A stretch of 15,786 nucleotides of DNA from Octopus sinensis (GCF_006345805.1 NW_021825374.1:1-15786), one strand, 5' to 3'. Shown: positions 1 through 10,440, numbered from the stretch's first letter. Made by a program: numbers and translations. The notes: generated by a model from the letters alone, not told the origin.

Positions 1-561
1 TAAAAAAAAAAATAGGAAGACTATATTGGATAAGATGGACATGGACGTGCTTTTTGATTAGAGAATGACTGTATCAAGTCAAACAACCATATAAAGAGAA
101 CATACAAAAACAAACAGTAACTTCAAAATGTAGAGAGAAAAAAAACGGAACAACAGTTTATACATTCTCATATATTTTATGTTAGCGCCGCCATCGTTGT
201 GTTTGACACAAACGGATGACATTTTAAGAATTTAGAAATCGTGGGGAATGTTACTTGGTTGGACACTAATACACAGCATCTGCTAGAGGAACACATCACC
301 TGTACATAATTGAAATTCTCGTATTGTTACACACCTGTATCTGCTTCAGTGTCCAGATAACGTATTGAAATATTAAGATGGAAAGAAAGTTCTGTCGCAT
401 ATATTGTACATCATCACTTCGTGTACTTTTTCAAGAGTTGCTCTCAAATAAGCATATATTTTTACATTCTTATGTTTGTTCTTCCTTTGCAAAAATTATA
501 CAATAGTGGTGAAATTTGTATCGATTTTACCCTTTTGAAATAAGGGTAGATCAGACCCCTA

Positions 562-1495
562 AAACATTGCACACTGTATAAATTCAGAAGGGGTTCTTCG
601 GTAATGGAAGCTGAAAGAAATATTCATTCTGTCTATGGAAATGAAACTTTAAGTGCCCGGAGAGGCCAACAATATTTTAACCAGTGTCGCTCGGTTAAAA
701 TCAGTATGATCATGTTCTGTTAATATTTTAATATTTCAATCAGTATGATCATATTTCTGTTAATATTGAGCTTCAGAAAACCTTAGTTGAGGAAATTCGA
801 AACAAGCCGCACGAGAATTAGCAGAACAGTTAAATTCAAATAACATTTCGATTATAAAACACCTTCATGAATTAGAGAAAGTGTTTAAACTCAGTCTGTG
901 GGTTTCCCACCATGTGACTGATTAATCAAACTGTTGTCTGCTGCAACCGAACCAATCCTGAGTAGAAACATCACAAGTACGAAAAAGTGGGTACCTAATA
1001 ATCGTATTCAACGCAACGACAATGGTTAGCACCCAATGAAAACCAAGAACCACCCCCAAACCAGGACGGCACCAGAAAAAAAAATGTCATGTTCTGTGTA
1101 TTCTGGAATATGAAAAGTGTCGCCTATGATGTAGCGTTAAACCAAAACAGAACAGTTAATGCGAAGTGTTGCCATCAATTGGAAGCATTACACATAGACA
1201 TGCAAGGTCAGATTTGCCTAAGTCACTCAGGAAAAGATTACGGTGCTAAATATGGAAGTTTTTACCTCACTCATCCTCTTTACTCCGCTGACCTTACTAC
1301 AACTAACTATCATCTTTTCAGGTTATTGCAACATTATTTAAAGAGAAAACAGTTTATTAATTGTGCAGAAGTTTAAAATGATTATTGAGTTCCTTTGCTT
1401 CAAAACCTGAACCATTTTACACCAGAGATATAGACAGTTTGCCGAATAGATGGGGTTATACTATCAAAGATGTTGGGAAACATTATCTTGATTAA
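562..1495 (+). pseudogene. mariner transposase pseudogene (multiple frameshifts and stops)
   Basis: Across frames: KHCTLYKFRRGSSVMEAERNIHSVYGNETLSARRGQQYF (N-terminal HTH, 562-680); ARELAEQLN..IKHLHELEKVFKLSLWVSHHV (WVPHEL-like, 809-915); IT(S/D)EKWV-like near 970-990; KNVMFCVFWNMK; D-ARS relic of HDNARPH at ~1197; HPLYSADLTTTNYHLFRLLQHYL (YSPDLAPSD-like, supplied ORF 1089-1376); ASKPEPFYTRDIDSLPNRWG..GKHYLD* ending 1495. Confidence 0.92.
699..767 (+). repeat. ~30-bp direct duplication inside the mariner transposase
   Basis: AATCAGTATGATCATGTTCTGTTAATATT (699-727) and AATCAGTATGATCATATTTCTGTTAATATT (738-767). Confidence 0.9.
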
Positions 1496-1607
1496 GTAAA
1501 TCAATTAGGACACAAGAAACATTTGTTTCTTTCCCATCTTCAAATGCGATATTTTCTTACCAACATATTTTCGCTTTTATTATAACTGACGATAATGTTA
1601 CACAATA

Positions 1608-1802
1608 ATGTATGTATGTATGTATGTATGTATGTATGTATGTATGTATGTATGTATGTATGTATGTATGTATGTATGTATGTATGTATGTATGTATGTA
1701 TGTATGTATCCATCCATCCATCCATCCATTCATCTATCTTTCTATGTATGTATGTATGTATGTATGCATGTATGTATGTATGTATGTATGTATGTATGTA
1801 TG

Positions 1803-1888
<86 letters not shown>
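1608..1888. repeat. Compound tetranucleotide microsatellite (ATGT)n-(CATC)n-(TATG)n-(TATC)n
   Basis: Read directly; accounts for the MYVC/IHTY/IYLS ORFs. Confidence 0.98.
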
Positions 1889-1889
<1 letters not shown>

Positions 1890-2000
1890 TTGCTCTATAG
1901 ATACATCTATCTATATCTAACATCTATTTTCTTTCCTCCACCTCACTCTCTATTTTGTATCCAATCAAAATTAATTATTACTTAACCATCCTCTCACACC

Positions 2001-2048
2001 GACTCCGATGAAGGGATATATAAAATATCCCGGAAACAGCTGTAAGAC
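2001..2048 (+). ncRNA. Minimal type I hammerhead ribozyme motif, variant core (CCGAUGA)
   Basis: GACT-CCGATGA(2005-2011)-A-GGGATAT/ATAAA/ATATCCC (7-bp stem II)-G-GAAA(2033-2036)-palindrome ACAGCTGT(2036-2043)-GTA triplet(2042-2044)-AGAC. Stem I has 3 of 4 pairs. U4 is replaced by C. Confidence 0.62.
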
Positions 2049-2114
2049 CTTCTATCTATAAATGTTCTAATATCTACACGGCCTTGGTTTTTTATCTCAT
2101 TACGCAAAAAATTC

Positions 2115-2115
<1 letters not shown>

Positions 2116-2204
<89 letters not shown>
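2116..2204. repeat. (TATC)n microsatellite
   Basis: Read directly. Confidence 0.98.
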
Positions 2205-2206
<2 letters not shown>

Positions 2207-2307
2207 GTTCCTTTCTTTCTAATTTTTATCACATATTCTACCAGCCGTAGAAGCTTTGTCATAAAATATACTTCTTCCACCACTCTGATCCCTATAAGTC
2301 AGTTCTC

Positions 2308-2309
<2 letters not shown>

Positions 2310-2352
<43 letters not shown>

Positions 2353-2363
2353 CTCTCTCTCTC
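2310..2363. repeat. (CT)n microsatellite
   Basis: Read directly. Confidence 0.97.
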
Positions 2364-2624
2364 CTGTTTATTTTTCTAATAGTTTGCCTGTACATTTTCT
2401 TTCATTCTATTCCTCCATATATTCGTACATATCATTCCATTTTATGTGAAATCAAAGCATAAGATCTCGGAGTGGAAATATACCTCTCTTTCATTCAAAA
2501 TATTTCTATAGACGTTAACTATATATTCTTTTTACTCGAACCAACACTATATTAATGCGAATTCAGCGGAACGAAACAGGTCACAGACTGTCACAAATCA
2601 TAACTTTGGAGATATAAATTTTAG

Positions 2625-2659
2625 TACATACATACATACATACATACATACAACACACA

Positions 2660-2711
<52 letters not shown>

Positions 2712-2732
2712 TGCTATACATATATATATTAT

Positions 2733-2770
<38 letters not shown>

Positions 2771-2883
2771 ATTAATATATATATATATATATTATATATA
2801 TATATATCATATGTATTTATGTATGTATATGTCTGTGTATATATGTGTATATATATGTGTGTGTGTGCGTATGTGTTTGTGTG
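2625..2883. repeat. Compound (TACA)n/(TA)n/(TG)n microsatellite
   Basis: Read directly; interrupted TA run ~2659-2807. Confidence 0.95.
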
Positions 2884-3496
2884 TTAGACGCACGTGACAG
2901 TGCCCAGTATGACCACATATTCGATGAAAGAAAACATTAGAAAAAAAAACAAAGAAAAGTCAGACATCCAACATACAACATATATACATACGACAGAGGT
3001 ACGCAACACAAACACGCCTGTATACGAGAGAAACTGCACACAAACACACGCGTAAGCAAGAGAAAGCTCTGTACAAAGACACACATACGTACAAGAAACA
3101 CAGCATGCTGGGAAAATTCTGACTGCGTGTCAAATGTCAATGTTTCTTGTTGATCACGTAAGCCTGACACTCATATGTAGTAATGATTGATGTCTCCATT
3201 GTTTTTTCATGATTTCTTTCTTTCCTTCTCTCTTTCTTTCACTCGCTCGCTCGCTCGCTCCTCACTCTGCTTCTCACACACGCACATACCTACAAGCGCA
3301 CGCATGCGCACGCACACACATATTCACACACAAGAGTGTATAAATACAACGTATACACTCTTGTTCATACAAATGGACAGAAGACGGTTATATACGCATG
3401 TACGAATGCACACACAACATTTCTGTATGTATACAGAAAAATATAAATAGTTTATATTATTCATACTGGCAAACAAACAGGGTGAATGAATTTATA

Positions 3497-3794
3497 TACA
3501 TACATGCATGCATACATACATACATACATACATACATACATACATGCATGCATACATACATACTTACATACATACATACATACATAAATACACACACACA
3601 CACATACATACATACATACATACATACATACATACATACATACATACATACATACATACATACATACATACATACATACATACATACATACATACATACA
3701 TACATACATACATACATACATACATACATACATACATACATACATACATACATACATACATACATACATACAAATATTTATACACATACATACA
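3497..3794. repeat. (TACA)n microsatellite, ~300 bp
   Basis: Read directly. Confidence 0.98.
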
Positions 3795-3878
3795 TATGCT
3801 TGTATATATGTTTTTACAAACAGAAAAAAAACGTATTTTATTCGACATTTTCTCAACAATAATCAAAAGTATGAATTT

Positions 3879-4096
3879 ATTCTTTTCTACTCTAGGCACA
3901 AGGCCCGAAATTTTGGGGGAGAAGGTCAGTCGATTATATCGACTCCAGTACGCAACTGGTATTTAATTTATCGACCCCCGAAAGGAAGAAAGGCAAAGTC
4001 GATCTTGGCGGAATTTGAACTCAGCACGTAAAGACAAACGATATACGCCTAAACATTTCGCCCGGCGTGCTAACGTTTCTGCCAGCTCACCGCCTT
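3879..4096 (-). mobile_element. tRNA-derived SINE (octopus-type family), full length
   Basis: Minus strand begins AAGGCGGTGAGCTGGCAGAAACGTTAGCACGCCGGGCG (A-box-like), B-box GAGTTCAAATTCCGCC, body GTCGATAAATTAAATACCAGTTGCGTACTGGAGTCGAT. It aligns with copies at 6619, 6843, 15345 and 15528. Confidence 0.9.
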
Positions 4097-4236
4097 CAAA
4101 GAATAGATGTCAAACGCACACATACACACGCACATGTATAAACAAATACACACATAAGTACACACACACACACATACACACTGAGTGTCGTTAATCCTGT
4201 TGTTATTAACAAATAGCGTCGTATGCCTACATTCAA

Positions 4237-4426
<190 letters not shown>

Positions 4427-4540
4427 ATTCCGATGAATTAGGTACTTAAGTCGAGGCACCAGGATTTAGTACGGTATTATCCATACAGTTTTAAAATAAA
4501 GTGATTAAAATCAAAATGAAAAACAGGATATCTAGAGGTA

Positions 4541-4628
4541 ATGCAGTACTATCGTTTCAAGCGACTCCATTTAATTGAGCAATGCAGCCATTACATCAAT
4601 TTAAATGCAGAGCAATCCTCAGCTGCAT
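4541..4628 (-). ncRNA. Minimal type I hammerhead ribozyme motif
   Basis: Minus strand: ATGCAG-CTGAGGA(4622-4616)-long stem II hairpin (CTCTGCATTTAAATTGA..GTAATG/GCTG/CATTGC..TCAATTAAATGGAG)-GAAA(4558-4555)-ACGATAGT near-palindrome-GTA triplet(4549-4547)-CTGCAT. Stem I ATGCAG/CTGCAT is a perfect 6 bp. Confidence 0.78.
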
Positions 4629-4926
4629 AAATACATAGAATTAAATTAAATTAAAACAGATGGACACATTAGTATAATAAGGAGATAGACAAAGAACATG
4701 CTGTCTTCACTTCAGCCTATTTTGATATATATATAAACACATCATCTTATGTGGCTCTGCAGTCACTTCGGCACCTGACGCGTGGCACACAGTGCATGGA
4801 AAGTGTTGATGGAAAGTGAGCTAATGTGCAGCATGAACATTTGAACACTACAAACAATTTATTTGCGCAGGTCGTTCGGCAAAAGCTGAATGCTCATTCG
4901 TCGTCTTCCACGGCAGAGTCCACCAT

Positions 4927-5011
4927 ACACACACACACACGCACGCACACACACACACACACACACACACCACACACACACACACACACACACGTATATA
5001 TATATATATAT
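4927..5011. repeat. (CA)n-(TA)n microsatellite
   Basis: Read directly. Confidence 0.97.
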
Positions 5012-5189
5012 ACGGACAACTGAACTCAACACATTTTTCCCTATACTCTATTTATTTTCTTTTATTCCTTTCTGTTGAAGAGCGCAGGCTCTAAACCTAA
5101 AAGACTTTTCCATTTTTACAGAGCGTCAAACTAATACACTTGCCTGTTGTTCCTACAGCTGTCATCGTCTTTGCTTTTCTATAAATTTA

Positions 5190-5192
<3 letters not shown>

Positions 5193-5223
<31 letters not shown>

Positions 5224-5343
5224 ATATATATATAGATATATATATATATATTATATTATATATACATATATATTATACAATGTATGTATGTATGTATGTA
5301 TGTATGTATGTATGTATGTATGTTGTATGTATGTATATATATA
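5193..5343. repeat. (TA)n-(TATG)n microsatellite
   Basis: Read directly. Confidence 0.96.
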
Positions 5344-6120
5344 TGCATATTTATTGCAAGTTGCAACAATTGAATAATCAAGAAAATACGACTAAACTAC
5401 TCACCAGAAAGAGCCGTCGATCTCTCTTATAATACTATGGCTTGCATACTCCTTACCATTTTTGAATCCATCGAATCCACTTCTCCTTCCTATCAAGTTT
5501 CTATCGAACAAATTTCACTAACTCATCTATTTCTGTTCATCTCATTACACCTGCAATATATGAACCGCTTTGAACTGCCGCCATCTTGAAACGTCTCTTT
5601 CGTCCCACATTATTTTCGACAAGTGCAATTCGAATTGGATCTTAACTAGTTAACTACTCAAGTTTCTCTCGGTTATTTTGATCCCTTAATTCATTTAAAA
5701 GAAGCTCAGAGATTTTTTTGCATAAACCCTTCCTCTCCAAACTTCCAAACAAATAAGTAAACCATAAATAAAAGAAGAGAAATGAAGACAGCGAAGACAA
5801 CGCCAAAAATAATTACTAAAACAACGGTAGCATCAACGATATCATCAATGGCTGGTAAACAATAACACGCCAAGCACATCATAAAATAATCAACAGTTTA
5901 ACCGCTCAGTCAGCCCTGGATGAATGAAACATGGATAAAAAGAAGCCACGAATGGAATAAATGCTTAAATTTTAACGAGGCAAATAACAATCACAGCAGT
6001 TCTCCGTATTTACTGACTTCACCACACTTCTTTGTATAACTGCAACTGTCGTCCAGACGTCATATCTGATCATGGCATCAAATGATGTATTATCAATAGG
6101 TTCCCCGAAACATCAGCAAG

Positions 6121-6252
<132 letters not shown>

Positions 6253-6618
6253 CCTTTCTTTCTCTCTTTCTCTTTTCTTTCTTTCTTTCTTTAGAGGCAG
6301 CCGACCGCTTACTTCCAATAATAGCTGGAAAAACACGTGTAAATAATTCATAGATAATTACTGTTCAAGGTGTGTGGAAGGGAAGGCCTGCTGTGTCACG
6401 TAAGGTTTGAAGCTATCAGCTACAACGACGGTGTATGGATCGTCTGCTTCAATGAAAACCTAAAACATTGCTTGATGATGTATACGTGTAATAAATTCAT
6501 AATCATTTTCCTTACATGTAACTATTGAGCAGTAAACACTGGCATAAAAACTGTATCTGACAGTAGGATGGCGAAAAACAACGTGTTTATCAATTATTCA
6601 TTACTAATATTGCAGCAG

Positions 6619-6830
6619 AGCGGCGATTTGGCAGCATCTTTAGCACGCCGGATAAAATGCTTCGCGGCATTTCTCTTTATGTTCTGAGTTCAAATCCCGC
6701 CGAAGTCGACTTTGACTTTTATCCTTTCGAGGGTCGGTAAAATAAGTAACATTTGGGCACTAGGGTCGATCTAAACTGCTCACCCCTCCTCCAAATTTTC
6801 AGGCTTTGTGTCTATTGTAGAAAGATTCAT
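6619..6830 (+). mobile_element. tRNA-derived SINE, diverged full-length copy
   Basis: AGCGGCGATTTGGCAGCATCTTTAGCACGCCGG..TTCTGAGTTCAAATCCCGCCGAAGTCGACTTTG..GGTCGGTAAAATAAGTA..; colinear with 3879-4096. Confidence 0.88.
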
Positions 6831-6842
6831 TAACGTTATGGT

Positions 6843-7000
6843 AAGGCGGTGAAGTAGCAGAGTCTTTAGAACGTCAGAAAAAATGCTTAGCAGCGTCTTT
6901 CGCGGTTTTTTTATGTTTTGAGTTCTGTCGAGGTGAACTTTGCCTTTTTCCCTTTGGGGGTTAATATTAACTGGTAATATTAATACCAGTGGAGTACTGG
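6843..7000 (+). mobile_element. tRNA-derived SINE, 3'-truncated, tandem to the previous copy
   Basis: AAGGCGGTGAAGTAGCAGAGTCTTTAGAACGTCAG..TTGAGTTC..GAGGTGAACTTTGCCTTTTTCCCTTTGGGGG; ends at the family's TACCAGT(N5)ACTGG motif. Confidence 0.8.
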
Positions 7001-7011
7001 TATTAATATTA
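6975..7011. repeat. Perfect 16-bp inverted repeat with 5-nt loop
   Basis: TAATATTAATACCAGT-GGAGT-ACTGGTATTAATATTA. Confidence 0.95.
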
Positions 7012-7020
7012 ATATTATAT

Positions 7021-7345
7021 AAAAATGCCATGGAACCATTGTTGAAATACAACTGAAAATTGTGTAACAAAAGAAAAATTTAAACAAGAAATGAACAAAA
7101 AAAGAAAAGAAAAAGCATGGAAAGAAAAGAAAAAGCATGGAAAGAAAAGAAAATGTACGGTCAGTTTGCAAGAGATGTGAACGCCAAGACAGATACAGAG
7201 GTTCGGTGGCTATGGATGAGGAGGAGTAACCTGAAGATAGAGACAGAATCACTCATATGCGCAGCTCAGGAACAAGCGTTAAGGACCAGAATTGACAACG
7301 CTACCGATAGCGACAAATTCAGAATATATGGTGAGAGGGGTGAAA
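7021..7345 (+). mobile_element. Fragment A of RLE-type non-LTR retrotransposon (R4/Dong-like), post-RT to zinc-knuckle region
   Basis: WKEKKMYGQFARDVNAKTDTEVRWLWMRRSNLKIETESLICAAQEQALRT..RIDNATDSDKFRIYGERGE (decayed CRxC knuckle). 20-bp tandem duplication at 7101-7153. Confidence 0.8.
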
Positions 7346-8525
7346 ATGCAGTATCATTTTTTACATACCCAGCAGCTTTTGTAGATTGGAAAAAACTGAA
7401 TTAGCAAAACTAGACAAGAACTACGAAGGAATTCAATTTGAATGGAGGACTCAACCTAAGGGCAGGACGAGTAAGATTATACTTATAGCAAGGAAGGTGG
7501 AAGAGGGTTAATATCAGTAAAAACTGCGTGGAGTTAGCTAGAGTAGATGTAGACTCCTATGTAGGTAATAGTAAAGAAAGTTTATTAAAAGCTGCTGGAG
7601 TCACTGCAAGACATAGGGAAACCAAAAGCCCAAACGAAGTTAAAAACCAGAAAAAAGAATAGAACAGAAGTTATTTGATTGGCAGGAGAAGGCTCTGTAT
7701 GGTAGATTTAAAAAAAAATAGTTGCAGCAAACAATAATAGTGAGGCATGGTTATGGTTGCAGAAAGGAAGGTTGAAAAGTGAGACAGAAAGTTTGTTAAT
7801 AGCAACACAAGATCAAGCATTAAGGACTAATTGGATAAAAGCCAAGATAGACGAAAGCCAAGTAAATTCCTAATGTAGGCTATGCAAATCAAAAGAGGAA
7901 AGCGTTACTCATAGTAAGTGAATGTAGCATGCTGGCACAGAAAGAATACAAGAAAAGACACGACAATCTAGGGAGAGTAATCCACTGGGAGTTATGTAGA
8001 AAGTTAGGATTTGAACATGCTGACAAATAGTACGAACGGGAATCTAGTAAAGTACTAGAAAGTAATAAATATAGGAGTTGTGGGACTTTAACATTCAGAC
8101 TAACAGAGTAATAGAAGCTAATAGGCCTTATTTAGTAGTAGTAGTAGTAGTAGTTAGTAGATAAAGAGAATAGAAAATGTCAGATAATTGACTTTACAGT
8201 CCCAAATGATGAAAAAAATAACTCAATATATGTATAGGAAAAATAGCAAAATACCAGGACCTAGTCATTGAATTTATAGAGACTATGGAAAGTACGGGTA
8301 AAATGTATCCCGGTAGTTATAGGTGCATTGCGAACTATCCCTAAAGATTTGAACAGATGGATAGAGGAAGTAGGCATAAAACCAAGTTTAGTAAAGCTCC
8401 AGAAAACAGTGTTATTAAGAACAGCTAGGATACTTAGGAGGGTTCTTGGCATCTAAGGTTACTTGTTGTAGCCCGATGTTAGGACTTTTTCTTTTCCAAC
8501 AATCTAATCTGTTGTGTGTATATGC

Positions 8526-8586
<61 letters not shown>

Positions 8587-8626
8587 TAATAATAATAATA
8601 ATAACAGCAACAACAACAATGATAAT
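7346..8626 (+). mobile_element. Fragment B: 5'-truncated RLE-type non-LTR retrotransposon (R4/Dong-like) with 3' UTR and (AAT)n tail
   Basis: With frameshifts: AVSFFTYPAAFVDW; RLYL..GGRGLISV; WQEKALYGRF; EAWLWLQKGRLKSETESLLIATQDQALRTNWIKAKID; CRLC(7874-7885)..H..VSECSMLAQKEYKKRHDNLGRVIHWELC (CCHC knuckle); LWDFNIQT..IEANRP(Y)LVVV..CQIIDFTVP..KYQDL (PD..D RLE motif, D mutated); IPVVIGAL..LQKTVLLRTARILRRVLGI* at 8454-8456. Confidence 0.9.
8526..8626. repeat. (AAT)n/(AAC)n tail of the retrotransposon
   Basis: Starts ~70 bp after the stop codon; explains the poly-N/poly-I/poly-L ORFs. Confidence 0.95.
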
Positions 8627-9410
8627 TTCTTTTTTGATAATATGCATGTCAGGGTCTGTATGGCGCTATTTGTGGAAAAAAAATATTTGTACAGATTTTG
8701 TTTGGAATACATACGTACATATAAATGCATATGTGTACGCATACGCAAGAGTATTCATGTACAACTGTACACATATACATATAGATACTCTCTCTCTCCC
8801 TTTCTCTCTCTCTTTCTCTCTCATACACACGACACTCACCTATCTATGTACGTATATGTGTGCTGGTGAATGTGTGCGCGTGCGCGTGTTGTGTGAATGA
8901 GAGAGAGATAGCGAGAGAGAGAAAGGGAAGTAGGAGGGTGAAGAAATAAGCAAATAATGGAGTGTAGGCAAGTATACGAAAGGGAGATAATCTAATCAGT
9001 GGGTCCCGAGAAAGTGTGAAGTCGGGGAGGGGTGAATTAATTTTCGGTCAGAAAGGTCAGCATGAAATCCAAAACGAAAGCCAAATGATTTGTTCACTGA
9101 TGGATTGGCAGATTGAGTTGACCGGAGGGCAGAATTTGGAAATGACATACGAATTAGAGGTGAAGATTCATTTGACCGGAGAGGATTGCGTTTCAAATTG
9201 CTAAGACACAGTTTTTGCACATTTGGCGTTAAGAATGCTGGGATAGACATGAACGATAATAAATTTACTTGCACGAGCAAACGTCTTGACATAGGAGTCT
9301 TACATACATATGTGCACACACGCACACGCAAACATGCATATATATGTACACACACAGAGACACAAACACACACATGCATAATTACAGACAAGTGTATTCT
9401 CATTCATAGA

Positions 9411-9666
<256 letters not shown>

Positions 9667-9743
9667 GCATATATGGATTTATAATTAATTATAAATTATA
9701 ACTGAGTGTATACGAAGTCCCAGCGTTGCTAGAAATAAGAGTC

Positions 9744-9892
9744 AAAGATGGCTACACCAAATATTCTGCTCAATACCACAGATTTGCTTGTCAGTTGTTT
9801 GACCTTAAGCAGTTGACCATGTCCCTTAGTGGCTGACGATATGTGCATCTCTGATCACGAGCAGAAGTAGTGGGGGAGCATCATAGCCATGT
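9744..9892. mobile_element. Probable SINE-body / interspersed repeat fragment
   Basis: Higher-GC block CAGATTTGCTTGTCAGTTGTTTGACCTTAA..CCCTTAGTGGCTGACGATATGTGCATCTCTGATCACGAGCAGAAGTAGTGGGGGAGCATCATAGCCATGT that I recall as a common octopus repeat. There is no second copy in the window, so this is unverified. Confidence 0.4.
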
Positions 9893-9914
9893 ATTTTCTG
9901 AGTATCCTAATGTA

Positions 9915-10182
9915 TTAATATTTTAACAAAATGAAGGTACCTTTTTTAAAATTATAATGTTACTTTGTAAATTAAAATCAAATGATTTTTAATTTTCAAA
10001 TTTTATCCTTAGCTGCAATATTTTAAGTAAAATTTTTCTTGTTCAGTACTTTACCAGATGTGATAGGTTTTTCTGAACTTTCCCAAGTGTAATAATTGTT
10101 CTTTAATTTTCCAGGTTTATAATCTTAAGAATACTATTTCTCTTGTTTGCATTTTTCCATGTAATTCATGTATTTTCCAGGC
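9915..10182 (-). pseudogene. Possible very decayed C-terminus of a Penelope-like element ORF (post GIY-YIG)
   Basis: One minus frame reads AWKIHE..*TWKIKEQ..KTY..EQEKFYLKY..NL..LI..KRYLHFV, loosely like the IWxLKE..PY..C..C..EKF.IL..NLLN..ELxSKCRH tail of PLE ORFs. The cysteines are missing and there are several stops. Confidence 0.22.
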
Positions 10183-10261
10183 TATGCTATTATGCTAATT
10201 AATAATGTATTAATTAATAATTTAAGATTTTACCTTATTGAAAATTGAATAATACGTTTAA

Positions 10262-10289
10262 AGTGTGTGTTGAGTGTGTATGTGTGTAT

Positions 10290-10322
<33 letters not shown>

Positions 10323-10440
10323 GGTGTATGTTGTTTTTGTTGTTGTTGTTGTTGTGTGTGTGTGTGTCTGTGTGTGTTAGAGAGAGAAGGAGGGACAGCG
10401 TAGAGTTTTTTTTTTTTTTTTTCCTCGTATCTTTTTTAGT

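Larger units (their letters stand above)
371..1567 (+). mobile_element. Decayed mariner (Tc1/mariner, DD34D-type) DNA transposon, near full length
   Basis: Transposase relic at 562-1495 bracketed by degenerate TIRs: 5' TATTAAGATGGAAAGAAAGTTCTGTCGCAT (371-400) versus 3' ATGCGATATTTTCTTACCAACATA (1544-1567; reverse complement TATGTTGGTAAGAAAATATCGCAT). The ~1.2 kb length fits mariner. Confidence 0.82.

Noticed and set aside
1089-1376. 95-aa ORF as a functional gene
   Set aside because: It is a frameshifted piece of the dead mariner transposase.
1586-1592. Isolated CTGANGA boxes at 1586, ~7231 and ~9833, and CCGATGA at 4430
   Set aside because: No hairpin-GAAA-stem III-NUH follows; 7231 is LINE coding sequence.
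2573-2592. GAAACAGGTCACAGACTGTC as hammerhead stem III with GUC
   Set aside because: No CTGANGA on either side.
5578-5587. YY1-like CCGCCATCTT
   Set aside because: A single short motif with no promoter context.
5588-5596. GAAACGTC as an ultra-minimal hammerhead end
   Set aside because: No upstream core box or stems.
9016-9204. 62-aa ORF MKSGRGELIFGQ.. as an exon or small gene
   Set aside because: No recognisable domain or convincing splice context; such a length is expected by chance.
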